Source: Macrostomum lignano (taxonomy: Eukaryota). From it: 64,000 nt of DNA. The stretch covers positions 61,886-125,885 of the forward strand of contig NIVC01002117.1 in assembly GCA_002269645.1 (NCBI GenBank). The letters are read 5' to 3'. Of this stretch, positions 1-12,515 are shown one piece after another (the first letter of the stretch is position 1; each line of letters starts with the position of its first letter). The position numbers and the translations under genes are program-made. The notes below the pieces were generated by a model. It was not told the origin of the DNA. It saw only the letters and a program-made list of their open reading frames with translations, and ran no database searches.

Positions 1-1230
1 CATAGAAGCGCCATGTAAAAAATCATAGAAGCGTCATGTAAACAATCATAGAAGCGTCATGTAAAAAATCATAGAAGCGTCATGTAAACAATCATAGAAG
101 CGTCATGTAAAAAATCGTAGAAGCGTCATGTAAACAATCATAGAAGCGTCATGTAAACAATCATAGAAGCGTCATGTAAACAATCATAGAAGCGTCATGT
201 AAAAATCATAGAAGCGTCATGTAAACAATCATAGAAGCGTCATGTAAAAAATCATAGAAGCGTCATGTAAACAATCATAGAAGCGTCATGTAAAAAATCG
301 TAGAGCGTCATGTAAACAATCATAGAAGCGTCATGTAAACAATCATAGAAGCGTCATGTAAACAATCATAGAAGCGTCATGTAAAAAATCATAGAAGCGT
401 CATGTAAAAAATCATAGAAGCGTCATGTAAACAATCATAGAAGCGTCATGTAAAAAATCGTAGAGGCGTCATGTAAACAATCATAGAAGCGTCATGTAAA
501 CAATCATAGAAGCGTCATGTAAACAATCATAGAAGCGTCATGTAAAAAATCATAGAAGCGTCATGTAAACAATCATAGAAGCGTCATGTAAAAAATCGTA
601 GAGGCGTCATGTAAACAATCATAGAAGCGTCATGTAAACAATCATAGAAGCGTCATGAAAACAATCATAGAAGCGTCATTTAAAAAATCATAGAAGCGTC
701 ATGTAAAAAATCTTAGAAGCGTCATGTAAACAATCATAGAAGCGTCATGTAAACAATCATAGAAGCGTCATGTAAAAAATCTTAGAAGCGTCATGTAAAC
801 AATCATAGAAGCGTCATGTAAACAATCATAGAAGCGCCATGTAAAAAATCATAGAAGCGTCATGTAAACAATCATAGAAGCGTCATGTAAAAAATCATAG
901 AAGCGTCATGTAAACAATCATAGAAGCGTCATGTAAAAAATCGTAGAAGCGTCATGTAAACAATCATAGAAGCGTCATGTAAACAATCATAGAAGCGTCA
1001 TGTAAAAAATCGTAGAGGCGTCATGTCAACAATCATAGAAGCGTCATGTAAACAATCATAGAAGCGTCATGTAAACAATCATAGAAGCGTCATGTAAAAA
1101 ATCATAGAAGCGTCATGTAAAAAATCATAGAAGCGTCATGTAAACAATCATAGAAGCGTCATGTAAACAATCATAGAAGCGTCATGTAAAAAATCATAGA
1201 AGCGTCATGTAAAAATCATAGAAGCATCAA
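1..1230 (+). repeat. 23-bp satellite (CATAGAAGCGTCATGTAAACAAT) inside Helitron-like element
   Basis: Tandem 22-23-bp units read directly. Confidence 0.97.
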
Positions 1231-2152
1231 GAAAAAATCATAGAAACCTCATTTAAAAACTAATGAAAGTGTCATTTAAAAAATTAAGAAGCGTCACGGT
1301 AGAATAAAAGAAACGTCATGTCAGACATGAAGGGTTCATGTAAAAATTAAATGCAACTATAATGCTGTGCTGGGGAGAAAAACTGAGACGTCAAGGCTCT
1401 CAGAGAATAACTGAGATTACGGGGGGGGGGTTTCTGAGATGTCAAAGCAAAAGTCAGAAGCTACTTCAAAGTTCATGTACTTTACTCCATTTTTTTATTG
1501 CATTCTTTGTTGGCTCGTCACGGGGGGGGCGCTGATAGAAGAAAAGTCATGTAAAAAATAAAAGTAGCACTATGTATACATAAAAGAAAAGTCATGTCGA
1601 AGTTAAAAGATTCATTTGGGAATTGCTACGATGTCAAAGCTTGGTGGAAATCGTTATAGTGCTGTGATTCTTAAAGAAAGAATCACTAAAATGTCAAGCC
1701 TTAGGGGAGAAGAATTGCTGAGATTTCAAGGCTTTAGGTTGGGTTAAAGTTAGGTTTAGGTCAGGTGTGGGTTGAGGGTTATATTTTATCGGGTTTCAAG
1801 GTTAACAGGGGATTTTTTAGATTTCAAGGTTTATGGGGCCATTGCTGACATGTCAAGGCTTACGGGGGGAATAGCTGAGATGTCAAGGCTCACGGGGGTA
1901 TAAATGAGATTTCAAGGCTAAAGTCAGAAGCTACATGTAGTTTATTGAAAACTTTTTATTACATTATTTGATGCCTCCTTAGGGGAGGAATCGCTGATAA
2001 AAAAGCGTAATGTAAAAAATAAAAGAAGCTTCATGTCGAAGTTAAGAGATTCATTTGGGAATCCCTACGATGTCGAGGCTTGCAAGGAATCGCTATAATG
2101 CTGTAGTAGTGCTATAATGACTCTTAGGGAGAATTACTGAAATTTCAATGCT

Positions 2153-2202
2153 TTAGGGTTAGGTTAGGGTTAGGGTTAGGGTTAGGCTAGGGTTAGGGTT
2201 AG
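2153..2202 (+). repeat. Interstitial degenerate (TTAGGG)n tract
   Basis: About 8 TTAGGG/variant units; same tract at 8672-8721, 53052-53085 and inverted at about 19223-19267, always in the element's 3' module. Confidence 0.9.
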
Positions 2203-2423
2203 AAGGTTGACAGATATTTTTAGATTTCCAAGGCTTATTGGGGGCATTGCTGAGATGTCAAGGGGGGAAGTTGATATGTTAAAGCTTGTGGGGGGATAAC
2301 TGACATGTCAAGGCTTACAAGGTTTGACAGGAGATTTTTTAAGATTTCAAGGATACATGTAGCTTATTAAAAAAACGTGTATTGCATTTCTTTGGCTCCC
2401 CAACGGGGGGCGTAGATTGCTAG

Positions 2424-3354
2424 TAGAAACTGACTGTGTGGATTCTATTACCACCCCATAGACACTGACTGTGTGGATTCTAGCACCCCATAGACACTGA
2501 CTGTGTGGATTCTACAACACCATAGACACTGACTGTGTGGATTCTACCACCCCATAGACACTGACTGTGTGGATTCTACCACACCATAGAAACTGACTGT
2601 GTGGATTCTACCACCCCATAGACACTGACTGTGTGGATTCTACCACACCATAGACACTGACTGTGTGGATTCTACCACCCCATAGACACTGACTGTGTGG
2701 ATTCTACCACACCATAGAAACTGACTGTGTGGATTCTACCACCCCATAGACACTGACTGTGTGGATTCTACCACCCCATAGACACTGACTGTGTGGATTC
2801 TACCACACCATAGAAACTGACTGTGTGGATTCTACCACCCCATAGACACTGACTGTGTGGATTCTACCACCCCATAGACACTGACTGTGTGGATTCTACC
2901 ACCCCATAGACACTGACTGTGTGGATTCTACCACCCCATAGAAACTGACTGTGTGGATTCTACCACACCATAGACACTGACTGTGTGGATTCTACCACCC
3001 CATAGACACTGACTGTGTGGATTCTACCACACCATAGACACTGACTGTGTGGATTCTACCACCCCATAGAAACTGACTGTGTGGATTCTACCACCCCATA
3101 GACACTGACTGTGTGGATTCTACCACACCATAGACACTGACTGTGTGGATTCTACCACCCCATAGACACTGACTGTGTGAATTCTACCACCCCATAGAAA
3201 CTGACTGTGTGGATTCTACCACCCCATAGACACTGACTGTGTGGATTCTACCACACCATAGACACTGACTGTGTGGATTCTACCACACCATAGACACTGA
3301 CTGTGTGGATTATACCACACCATAGACACTGACTGTGTGAATTCTACCACCCCA
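2424..3354 (+). repeat. 32-bp minisatellite (CATAGACACTGACTGTGTGGATTCTACCACCC)
   Basis: Tandem 32-bp units read directly. Confidence 0.97.
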
Positions 3355-6300
3355 TCCTATATACTAAAAATGTGATGTCTATATATATATATGTGATAGA
3401 TTAGAGAAAAAATGGCTGGACCGATTTTGTTCGAACTTGCACTGTTCGATTAGAAATTTTCCCGTGACGGTACATGCATCGTGGCTAAGAAATTGCTCGA
3501 TGCTAAAGGCATTAAATATTCGAAAAACATGCTTTTTTGCAAAGGTCAAGCAAACTTTTTGACTTGAAATGCATTGTAAGAATGCTAGAGAAAAACTGAC
3601 TGGTTGAATTCTGACTCTGAAATAGATTGCATCATAACTGAATTGTAACTCCGACTTGAATTGAAAATGCAGTTTGGAAGCGTAGCACCAGACTTGATTT
3701 AAATTGCGTAACCATATTGTTAACTGATACTGACTGACTGAGAAACTGATTATGTCATAACTGCTTCGTGTGATTTACTCTATGCTTGGATTTAAAAGTG
3801 TTGAGTTATATAAGTGCAAAAGTTGATGTTATCAAAACGATGAGAGCTAGCCTAAAGGTGAACAAACTGAACTGCTAAATGCAGTGACGATGGTTTGAAT
3901 TTTCGATGGTTTGAATTTGAGTATAATTTTTTTAATTAAAGCTTTTCAACGTCAGGAAAACTAAAAGACTTTTTAAAAAAAAGCGTCATATAAAAATCGT
4001 AGAAGCGTCATGTAAACAATCATAGAAGCGTCATGTCAAAAATCTTAGAAGCGTCATGTAAACAATCATAGAAGCGTCATGTAAACAATCATAGAAGCGT
4101 CATGTAAAAAATCGTAGAAGCGTCATGTAAAAAATCTTAGAAGCGTCATGTAAACAATCATAGAAGCGTCATGTAAACAATCATAGAAGCGTCATGTAAA
4201 AAATCGTAGAAGCGTCATGTAAAAAATCTTAGAAGCGTCATGTAAACAATCATAGAAGCATCATGTAAAAAATCATAGAAGCGTCATGTAAACAATCATA
4301 GAAGCGTCATGTTAACAATCATAGAAGCGTCATGTAAACAATCATAGAAGCGTCATGTAAACAATCATAGAAGCGTCATGTAAAAAATCATAGAAGCGTC
4401 ATATAAAAATCGTAGAAGCGTCATGTAAACAATCATAGAAGTGTCATGTAAAAAATCATAGAAGCGTCATGTAAACAATCATAGAAGCGTCATGTAAACA
4501 ATCATAGAAGCGTCATGTAAAAAATCATAGAAGCGTCATGTAAAAAATCATAGAAGCGTCATGTAAAAAATCATAGAAGCGTCATATAAAAATCGTAGAA
4601 GCGTCATGTAAACAATCATAAAAGCGTCATGTAAAAAATCGTAGAAGCGTCATGTAAAAAATCTTAGAAGCGTCATGTAAACAATCATAGAAGCGTCATG
4701 TAAAAAATCGTAGAAGCGTCATGTAAACAATCATAGAAGCGTCATGTAAACAATCATAGAAGCGTCATGTAAACAATCATAGAAGCGTCATGTAAAAAAT
4801 CATAGAAGCGTCATGTAAAAAATCATAGAAGCGTCATGTAAACAATCATAGAAGCGTCATGTAAACAATCATAGAAGCGTCATGTAAAAAATCATAGAAG
4901 CGTCATGTAAAAAATCATAGAAGCGTCATATAAAAATCGTAGAAGCGTCATGTAAACAATCATAAAAGCGTCATGTAAAAAATCGTAGAAGCGTCATGTA
5001 AAAAATCTTAGAAGCGTCATGTAAACAATCATAGAAGCGTCATGTAAACAATCATAGAAGCGTCATGTAAACAATCATAAAAGCGTCATGTAAACAATCA
5101 TAGAAGCGCCATGTAAAAAATCATAGAAGCGTCATGTAAACAATCATAGAAGCGTCATGTAAAAAATCATAGAAGCGTCATGTAAAAAATCATAGAAGCG
5201 TCATATAAAAATCGTAGAAGCGTCATGTAAACAATCATAAAAGCGTCATGTAAAAAATCGTAGAAGCGTCATGTAAAAAATCATAGAAGCGTCATGTAAA
5301 CAAGCATAGAAGCGTCATGTAAACAATCATAGAAGCGTCATGTAAAAAATCGTAGAAGCGTCATGTAAACAATCATAGAAGCATCATGTAAACAATCATA
5401 GAAGTGTCATGTAAACAATCATAGAAGCGTCATGTAAACAATCATAGAAGCGCCATGTAAAAAATCATAGAAGCGTCATGTAAACAATCATAGAAGCGTC
5501 ATGTAAACAATCATAGAAGCGTCATGCAAACAATCATAGAAGCGTCATGTAAAAAATCATAGAAGCGTCATGTAAAAAATCATAGAAGCGTCATGTAAAC
5601 AATCATAGAAGCGTCATGTAAAAAATCATAGAAGCGTACTGTAAACAATCATAGAAGCGTCATGTAAACAATCATAGAAGCGTCATGTAAACAATCATAG
5701 AAACGTCATATAAAAATCATAGAAGCGTCATGTAAACAATCATAGAAGCGTCATGTAAACAATCATAGAAGCGTCATGTAAAAATCGTAGAAGCGTCATG
5801 TAAACAATCATAGAAGCGTCATGTAAAAAATCATAGAAGCGTCATGTAAACAATCATAGAAGCGTCATGTAAAAAATCATAGAAGCGTCATATAAAAATC
5901 GTAGAAGCGTCATGTAAACAACCATAAAAGCATCATGTAAAAAATCGTAGAAGCGTCATGTAAAAAATCTTAGAAGCGTCATGTAAACAATCATAGAAGC
6001 GTCATGTAAACAATCGTAGAAGCGTCATGTAAAAAATCGTAGAAGCGTCATGTAAAAAATCATAGAAGCGTCATATAAAAATCGTAGAAGCGTCATGTAA
6101 ACAATCATAAAAGCGTCATGTAAAAAATCGTAGAAGCGTCATGTAAAAAATCTTAGAAGCGTCATGTAAACAATCATAGAAGCGTCATATAAAAATCGTA
6201 GAAGCGTCATGTAAACAAACATAGAAGCGTCATGTAAACAATCATAGAAGCGTCATGTAAACAATCATAGAAGCGTCATGTAAAAAATCATAGAAGCGTC

Positions 6301-8942
6301 ATGTAAACAATCATAGAAGCGTCATGTAAAAAATCGTAGAAGCGTCATGTAAAAAATCTTAGAAGCGTCATGTAAACAATCATAGAAGCGTCATGTAAAC
6401 AATCATAAAAGCGTCATGTAAAAAATCGTAGAAGCGTCATGTAAAAAATCATAGAAGCGTCATGTAAACAATCATAGAAGCGTCATGTAAACAATCATAG
6501 AAGCGTCATGTAAACAATCATAGAAGCGCCATGTAAAAAATCATAGAAGCGTCATGTAAAAAATCATAGAAGCGTCATGTAAAAAATCATAGAAGCGTCA
6601 TGTAAACAATCATAGAAGCGTCATGTAAAAAATCGTAGAAGCGTCATGTAAACAATCATAGAAGCGTCATGTAAACAATCATAGAAGCGTCATGTAAACA
6701 ATCATAGAAGCGTCATGTAAAAAATCATAGAAGCGTCATGTAAACAATCATAGAAGCGTCATGTAAAAAATCATAGAAGCGTCATGTAAACAATCATAGA
6801 AGCGTCATGTAAAAAATCGTAGAGCGTCATGTAAACAATCATAGAAGCGTCATGTAAACAATCATAGAAGCGTCATGTAAACAATCATAGAAGCGTCATG
6901 TAAAAAATCATAGAAGCGTCATGTAAAAAATCATAGAAGCGTCATGTAAACAATCATAGAAGCGTCATGTAAAAAATCGTAGAGGCGTCATGTAAACAAT
7001 CATAGAAGCGTCATGTAAACAATCATAGAAGCGTCATGTAAACAATCATAGAAGCGTCATGTAAAAAATCATAGAAGCGTCATGTAAACAATCATAGAAG
7101 CGTCATGTAAAAAATCGTAGAGCGTCATGTAAACAATCATAGAAGCGTCATGTAAACAATCATAGAAGCGTCATGTAAACAATCATAGAAGCGTCATTTA
7201 AAAAATCATAGAAGCGTCATGTAAAAAATCTTAGAAGCGTCATGTAAACAATCATAAAAGCGTCATGTAAACAATCATAGAAGCGTCATGTAAAAATCTT
7301 AGAAGCGTCATGTAAACAATCATAGAAGCGTCATGTAAACAATCATAGAAGCGCCATGTAAAAAATCATAGAAGCGTCATGTAAACAATCATAGAAGCGT
7401 CATGTAAAAAATCATAGAAGCGTCATGTAAACAATCATAGAAGCGTCATGTAAAAAATCGTAGAAGCGTCATGTAAACAATCATAGAAGCGTCATGTAAA
7501 CAATCATAGAAGCGTCATGTAAAAAATCGTAGAGGCGTCATGTCAACAATCATAGAAGCGTCATGTAAACAATCATAGAAGCGTCATGTAAACAATCATA
7601 GAAGCGTCATGTAAAAAATCATAGAAGCGTCATGTAAAAAATCATAGAAGCGTCATGTAAACAATCATAGAAGCGTCATGTAAACAATCATAGAAGCGTC
7701 ATGTAAAAAATCATAGAAGCGTCATGTAAAAATCATAGAAGCATCAAGAAAAAATCATAGAAACCTCATTTAAAAACTAATGAAAGTGTCATTTAAAAAA
7801 TTAAGAAGCGTCACGGTAGAATAAAAGAAACGTCATGTCAGACATGAAGGGTTCATGTAAAAATTAAATGCAACTATAATGCTGTGCTGGGGAGAAAAAC
7901 TGAGACGTCAAGGCTCTCAGAGAATAACTGAGATTACGGGGGGGGGGGGTTTCTGAGATGTCAAAGCAAAAGTCAGAAGCTACTTCAAAGTTCATGTACT
8001 TTACTCCATTTTTTTATTGCATTCTTTGTTGGCTCGTCACGGGGGGGCGCTGATAGAAGAAAAGTCATGTAAAAAATAAAAGTAGCACTATGTATACATA
8101 AAAGAAAAGTCATGTCGAAGTTAAAAGATTCATTTGGGAATTGCTACGATGTCAAAGCTTGGTGGAAATCGTTATAGTGCTGTGATTCTTAAAGAAAGAA
8201 TCACTAAAATGTCAAGCCTTAGGGGAGAAGAATTGCTGAGATTTCAAGGCTTTAGGTTGGGTTAAAGTTAGGTTTAGGTCAGGTGTGGGTTGAGGGTTAT
8301 ATTTTATCGGGTTTCAAGGTTAACAGGGGATTTTTTAGATTTCAAGGTTTATGGGGGCCATTGCTGACATGTCAAGGCTTACGGGGGGAATAGCTGAGAT
8401 GTCAAGGCTCACGGGGGTATAAATGAGATTTCAAGGCTAAAGTCAGAAGCTACATGTAGTTTATTGAAAACTTTTTATTACATTATTTGATGCCTCCTTA
8501 GGGGAGGAATCGCTGATAAAAAAGCGTAATGTAAAAAATAAAAGAAGCTTCATGTCGAAGTTAAGAGATTCATTTGGGAATCCCTACGATGTCGAGGCTT
8601 GCAAGGAATCGCTATAATGCTGTAGTAGTGCTATAATGACTCTTAGGGAGAATTACTGAAATTTCAATGCTTTAGGGTTAGGTTAGGGTTAGGGTTAGGG
8701 TTAGGCTAGGGTTAGGGTTAGAAGGTTGACAGATATTTTTAGATTTCCAAGGCTTATTGGGGGCATTGCTGAGATGTCAAGGGGGGAAGTTGATATGTTA
8801 AAGCTTGTGGGGGGATAACTGACATGTCAAGGCTTACAAGGTTTGACAGGAGATTTTTTAAGATTTCAAGGATACATGTAGCTTATTAAAAAAACGTGTA
8901 TTGCATTTCTTTGGCTCCCCAACGGGGGGCGTAGATTGCTAG
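3355..8942 (+). mobile_element. Complete non-autonomous Helitron-like element (5588 bp) carrying a ~3.7-kb 23-bp satellite
   Basis: 5' TCCTATATACTAAAAATG after an A; 3' hairpin + CTAG before a T; flanks CCCCA|TAGAAAC rejoin into an intact 32-bp unit with no TSD; no Rep/helicase ORF. Confidence 0.85.
3985..7745 (+). repeat. 23-bp satellite array (about 160 units)
   Basis: Same unit as 1-1230. Confidence 0.97.
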
Positions 8943-10984
8943 TAGAAACTGACTGTGTGGATTCTATTACCACCCCATAGACACTGACTGTGTGGATTCT
9001 AGCACCCCATAGACACTGACTGTGTGGATTCTACAACACCATAGACACTGACTGTGTGGATTCTACCACCCCATAGACACTGACTGTGTGGATTCTACCA
9101 CACCATAGAAACTGACTGTGTGGATTCTACCACCCCATAGACACTGACTGTGTGGATTCTACCACACCATAGACACTGACTGTGTGGATTCTACCACCCC
9201 ATAGACACTGACTGTGTGGATTCTACCACACCATAGAAACTGACTGTGTGGATTCTACCACCCCATAGACACTGACTGTGTGGATTCTACCACCCCATAG
9301 ACACTGACTGTGTGGATTCTACCACACCATAGAAACTGACTGTGTGGATTCTACCACCCCATAGACACTGACTGTGTGGATTCTACCACCCCATAGACAC
9401 TGACTGTGTGGATTCTACCACCCCATAGACACTGACTGTGTGGATTCTACCACCCCATAGAAACTGACTGTGTGGATTCTACCACACCATAGACACTGAC
9501 TGTGTGGATTCTACCACCCCATAGACACTGACTGTGTGGATTCTACCACACCATAGACACTGACTGTGTGGATTCTACCACCCCATAGAAACTGACTGTG
9601 TGGATTCTACCACCCCATAGACACTGACTGTGTGGATTCTACCACACCATAGACACTGACTGTGTGGATTCTACCACCCCATAGACACTGACTGTGTGGA
9701 TTCTACCACACCATAGACACTGACTGTGTGGATTCTACCACACCATAGACACTGACTGTGTGGATTATACCACACCATAGACACTGACTGTGTGAATTCT
9801 ACCACCCCATAGAAACTGACTGTGTGGATTCTACCACACCATAGACACTGACTGTGTGGATTCTACCACCCCATAGACACTGACTGTGTGGATTCTACCA
9901 CACCATAGAAACTGACTGTGTGGATTCTACCACCCCATAGACACTGACTGTGTGGATTCTACCACCCCATAGACACTGACTGTGTGGATTCTACCACACC
10001 ATAGAAACTGACTGTGTGGATTCTACCACCCCATAGACACTGACTGTGTGGATTCTACCACCCCATAGACACTGACTGTGTGGATTCTACCACCCCATAG
10101 ACACTGACTGTGTGGATTCTACCACCCCATAGAAACTGACTGTGTGGATTCTACCACACCATAGACACTGACTGTGTGGATTCTACCACCCCATAGACAC
10201 TGACTGTGTGGATTCTACCACACCATAGACACTGACTGTGTGGATTCTACCACCCCATAGAAACTGACTGTGTGGATTCTACCACCCCATAGACACTGAC
10301 TGTGTGGATTCTAACACACCATAGACACTGACTGTGTGGATTCTACCACCCCATAGACACTGACTGTGTGGATTCTACCACACCATAGACACTGACTGTG
10401 TGGATTCTACCACACCATAGACACTGACTGTGTGGATTATACCACACCATAGACACTGACTGTGTGGATTCTACCACCCCATAGAAACTGACTGTGTGGA
10501 TTCTACAACACATAGACACTGACTGTGTGGATTCTACAACACCATAGACACTGATTGTGTGGATTCTACCACACCATAGACACTGACTTTGTGGATTCTA
10601 GCACCCCATAGACACTGACTGTGTGGATTCTACAACACCATAGACACTGACTGTGTGGATTCTACCACACCATAGACACTGACTGTGTGGATTCTACCAC
10701 ACCATAGACACTGACTGTGTGGATTCTACCACACCATAGACACTGACTGTGTGGATTCTACCACACCATAGACACTGACTGTGTGGATTCTACCACACCA
10801 TAGACACTGATTGTGTGGATTCTACCACCCCATAGACACTGACTGTGTGGATTCTACCACACCATAGACACTGACTGTGTGGATTCTACCACCCCATAGA
10901 AACTGACTGTGTGGATTCTACCACCCCATAGACACTGACTGTGTGGTAGCACCATAGACACTGACTGTGTGGATTCTACCACCC
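8943..10984 (+). repeat. 32-bp minisatellite
   Basis: Same unit as 2424-3354. Confidence 0.97.
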
Positions 10985-11108
10985 AGTCATTAATTTAGAG
11001 AAGGGTATTACTCGTAGGACTAGGGATAGAGAGGAGATTGGTAAATCTAAAAACACCAAGCATGGTATGAGATAATTACGCAAACACGACAGTATCCAGT
11101 CCACTTAC

Positions 11109-11273
11109 AAATCGCTTGTCATAGAGGAGTTCCTCGACGCCTTCGGTGACACATCGAAGTCAGAGTCAGACCTGTACAGGAAGGACTCGCGCCGCTGGTG
11201 TGGCAGGTGCTGCAGCACCAGGCCGCTGGTGCCCGGCTGCCCATCGGGCCGATGGCCAGCGTTCTCATCGAAG
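11109..11273 (-). CDS. PDE4: cAMP-specific phosphodiesterase PDE4/dunce, common UCR1 exon (internal, phase 2 to phase 2)
   Basis: Translates [54 protein letters not shown], matching PDE4 UCR1 ([26 protein letters not shown], PKA site RRES). Acceptor CTAAC..CTACTTCAG|C, donor TT|GTAAGT; 165 nt. Missed by the ORF track; downstream exons lie outside the window. Confidence 0.93.
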
Positions 11274-11575
11274 CTGAAGTAGGAATCGTTAGAGATGGCG
11301 AGTGGGAGTGAGTACCGGTGCTTGACCTCATTTGACCCGACCTGAGTTGACCCAATCCGGTCAATCTTGATCGGAAGTTTTCTTTGAATTCAAAGTAGCT
11401 TTCATTAACCCAGCAACGGAAAGTGCACCGGAATTATCTCTGACTATTATTGTGCTTTCTTAGCCCAATTAGAATGCCGTGTTGAATATTATTATTCAGA
11501 ATTCGGCCAGGAAATGAGGTTTATTCGATTATGCAAATAGGCCGGCAGGCAAGCGCTGAATCGAAATGATGGAAC

Positions 11576-12090
11576 TGACTGCATTGCCGCAATCAGCAGC
11601 GGGATTCGGGCTTGTCAACAGTCTATCAGCTGCATTGCCGCAATCAGCAGCGGGATTCGGGCTCGTCAACAGTCTATCAGCTGCATTGCCGCAATCAGCA
11701 GCGGGATTCGGGCTTGTCAACAGTCTATCAGCTGCATTGCCGCAATCAGCAGCGGGATTCGGGCTCGTCAACAGTCTATCAGCTGCATTGCCGCAATCAG
11801 CAGCGGGATTCGGGCTCGTCAACAGTCTATCAGCTGCATTGCCGCAATCAGCAGCGGGATTCGGGCTTGTCAACAGTCTATCAGCTGCATTGCCGCAATC
11901 AGCAGCGGGATTCGGGCTTGTCAACAGTCTATCAGCTGCATTGCCGCAATCAGCAGCGGGATTCGGGCTTGTCAACAGTCTATCAGCTGCATTGCCGCAA
12001 TCAGCAGCGGGATTCGGGCTTGTCAACAGTCTATCAGCGGCATTGCCGCAATCAGCAGCGGGATTCGGGCTTGTCAACAGTCTATCAGCA
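11576..12090 (+). repeat. 51-bp minisatellite (about 10 units)
   Basis: CTGCATTGCCGCAATCAGCAGCGGGATTCGGGCTTGTCAACAGTCTATCAG repeated without spacers. Confidence 0.95.
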
Positions 12091-12244
12091 GCTGAGAACT
12101 GTTCATCAGCCGGGATAAACTGCAAAACAAACCTCCTCGATCATTGGGAGCCGATTCAATATAAGAGATTAAAGTGTGACAGGTGTGCCAAGCTTATGAA
12201 TTTAATTGACTCCAGTTTGGCAGTCTTACATGTAGAGGGTAGAT

Positions 12245-12515
12245 ACGTAGAGAGTAGAGAGGAGAGAGGAGAGAGCAGAGAGCAGAGAGCAGAGAGGAGT
12301 GATAAGAGAGTAGAGAGGAGAGATAAGAGAGTAGAGGAGAGATAAGAGAGTAGAGAGAAGAGACGAGAGAGTAGAGAAGAGAGATAAGAGAGTAGAGAAA
12401 GAGAGTAGAGATGAGAGAGAAGAGAGGGGAGAGGAGAGATAAGAGAGTAGAGATGCGAGAGAAGAGAGTAGAGAGGAGAGAAAAGAAAGGAGAGAGGAAA
12501 GAGAAGAGAGGAGAA
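12245..12515 (+). repeat. Purine-rich low-complexity (GAGA/GTAGA) tract
   Basis: Read directly. Confidence 0.9.

Larger units (their letters stand above)
1..2423 (+). mobile_element. Non-autonomous Helitron-like element, 3' part (5' end outside window)
   Basis: Ends in hairpin GCTCCCC-AAC-GGGGGGC, then GTAGATTG and CTAG (2420-2423) followed by T; nearly identical to the 3' part of the complete copy at 3355-8942. Confidence 0.8.

Noticed and set aside
2153-2202. True chromosome end
   Set aside because: Short, degenerate, internal, and repeated within a dispersed element.
3355-8942. Autonomous Helitron or TIR transposon
   Set aside because: No Rep/helicase or transposase ORF, no terminal inverted repeats and no TSD.
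11529-12345. 51-bp repeats as a CRISPR array or repeat protein
   Set aside because: No spacers, eukaryotic intron context, and open frames on both strands as expected for a stop-free unit whose length is a multiple of 3.
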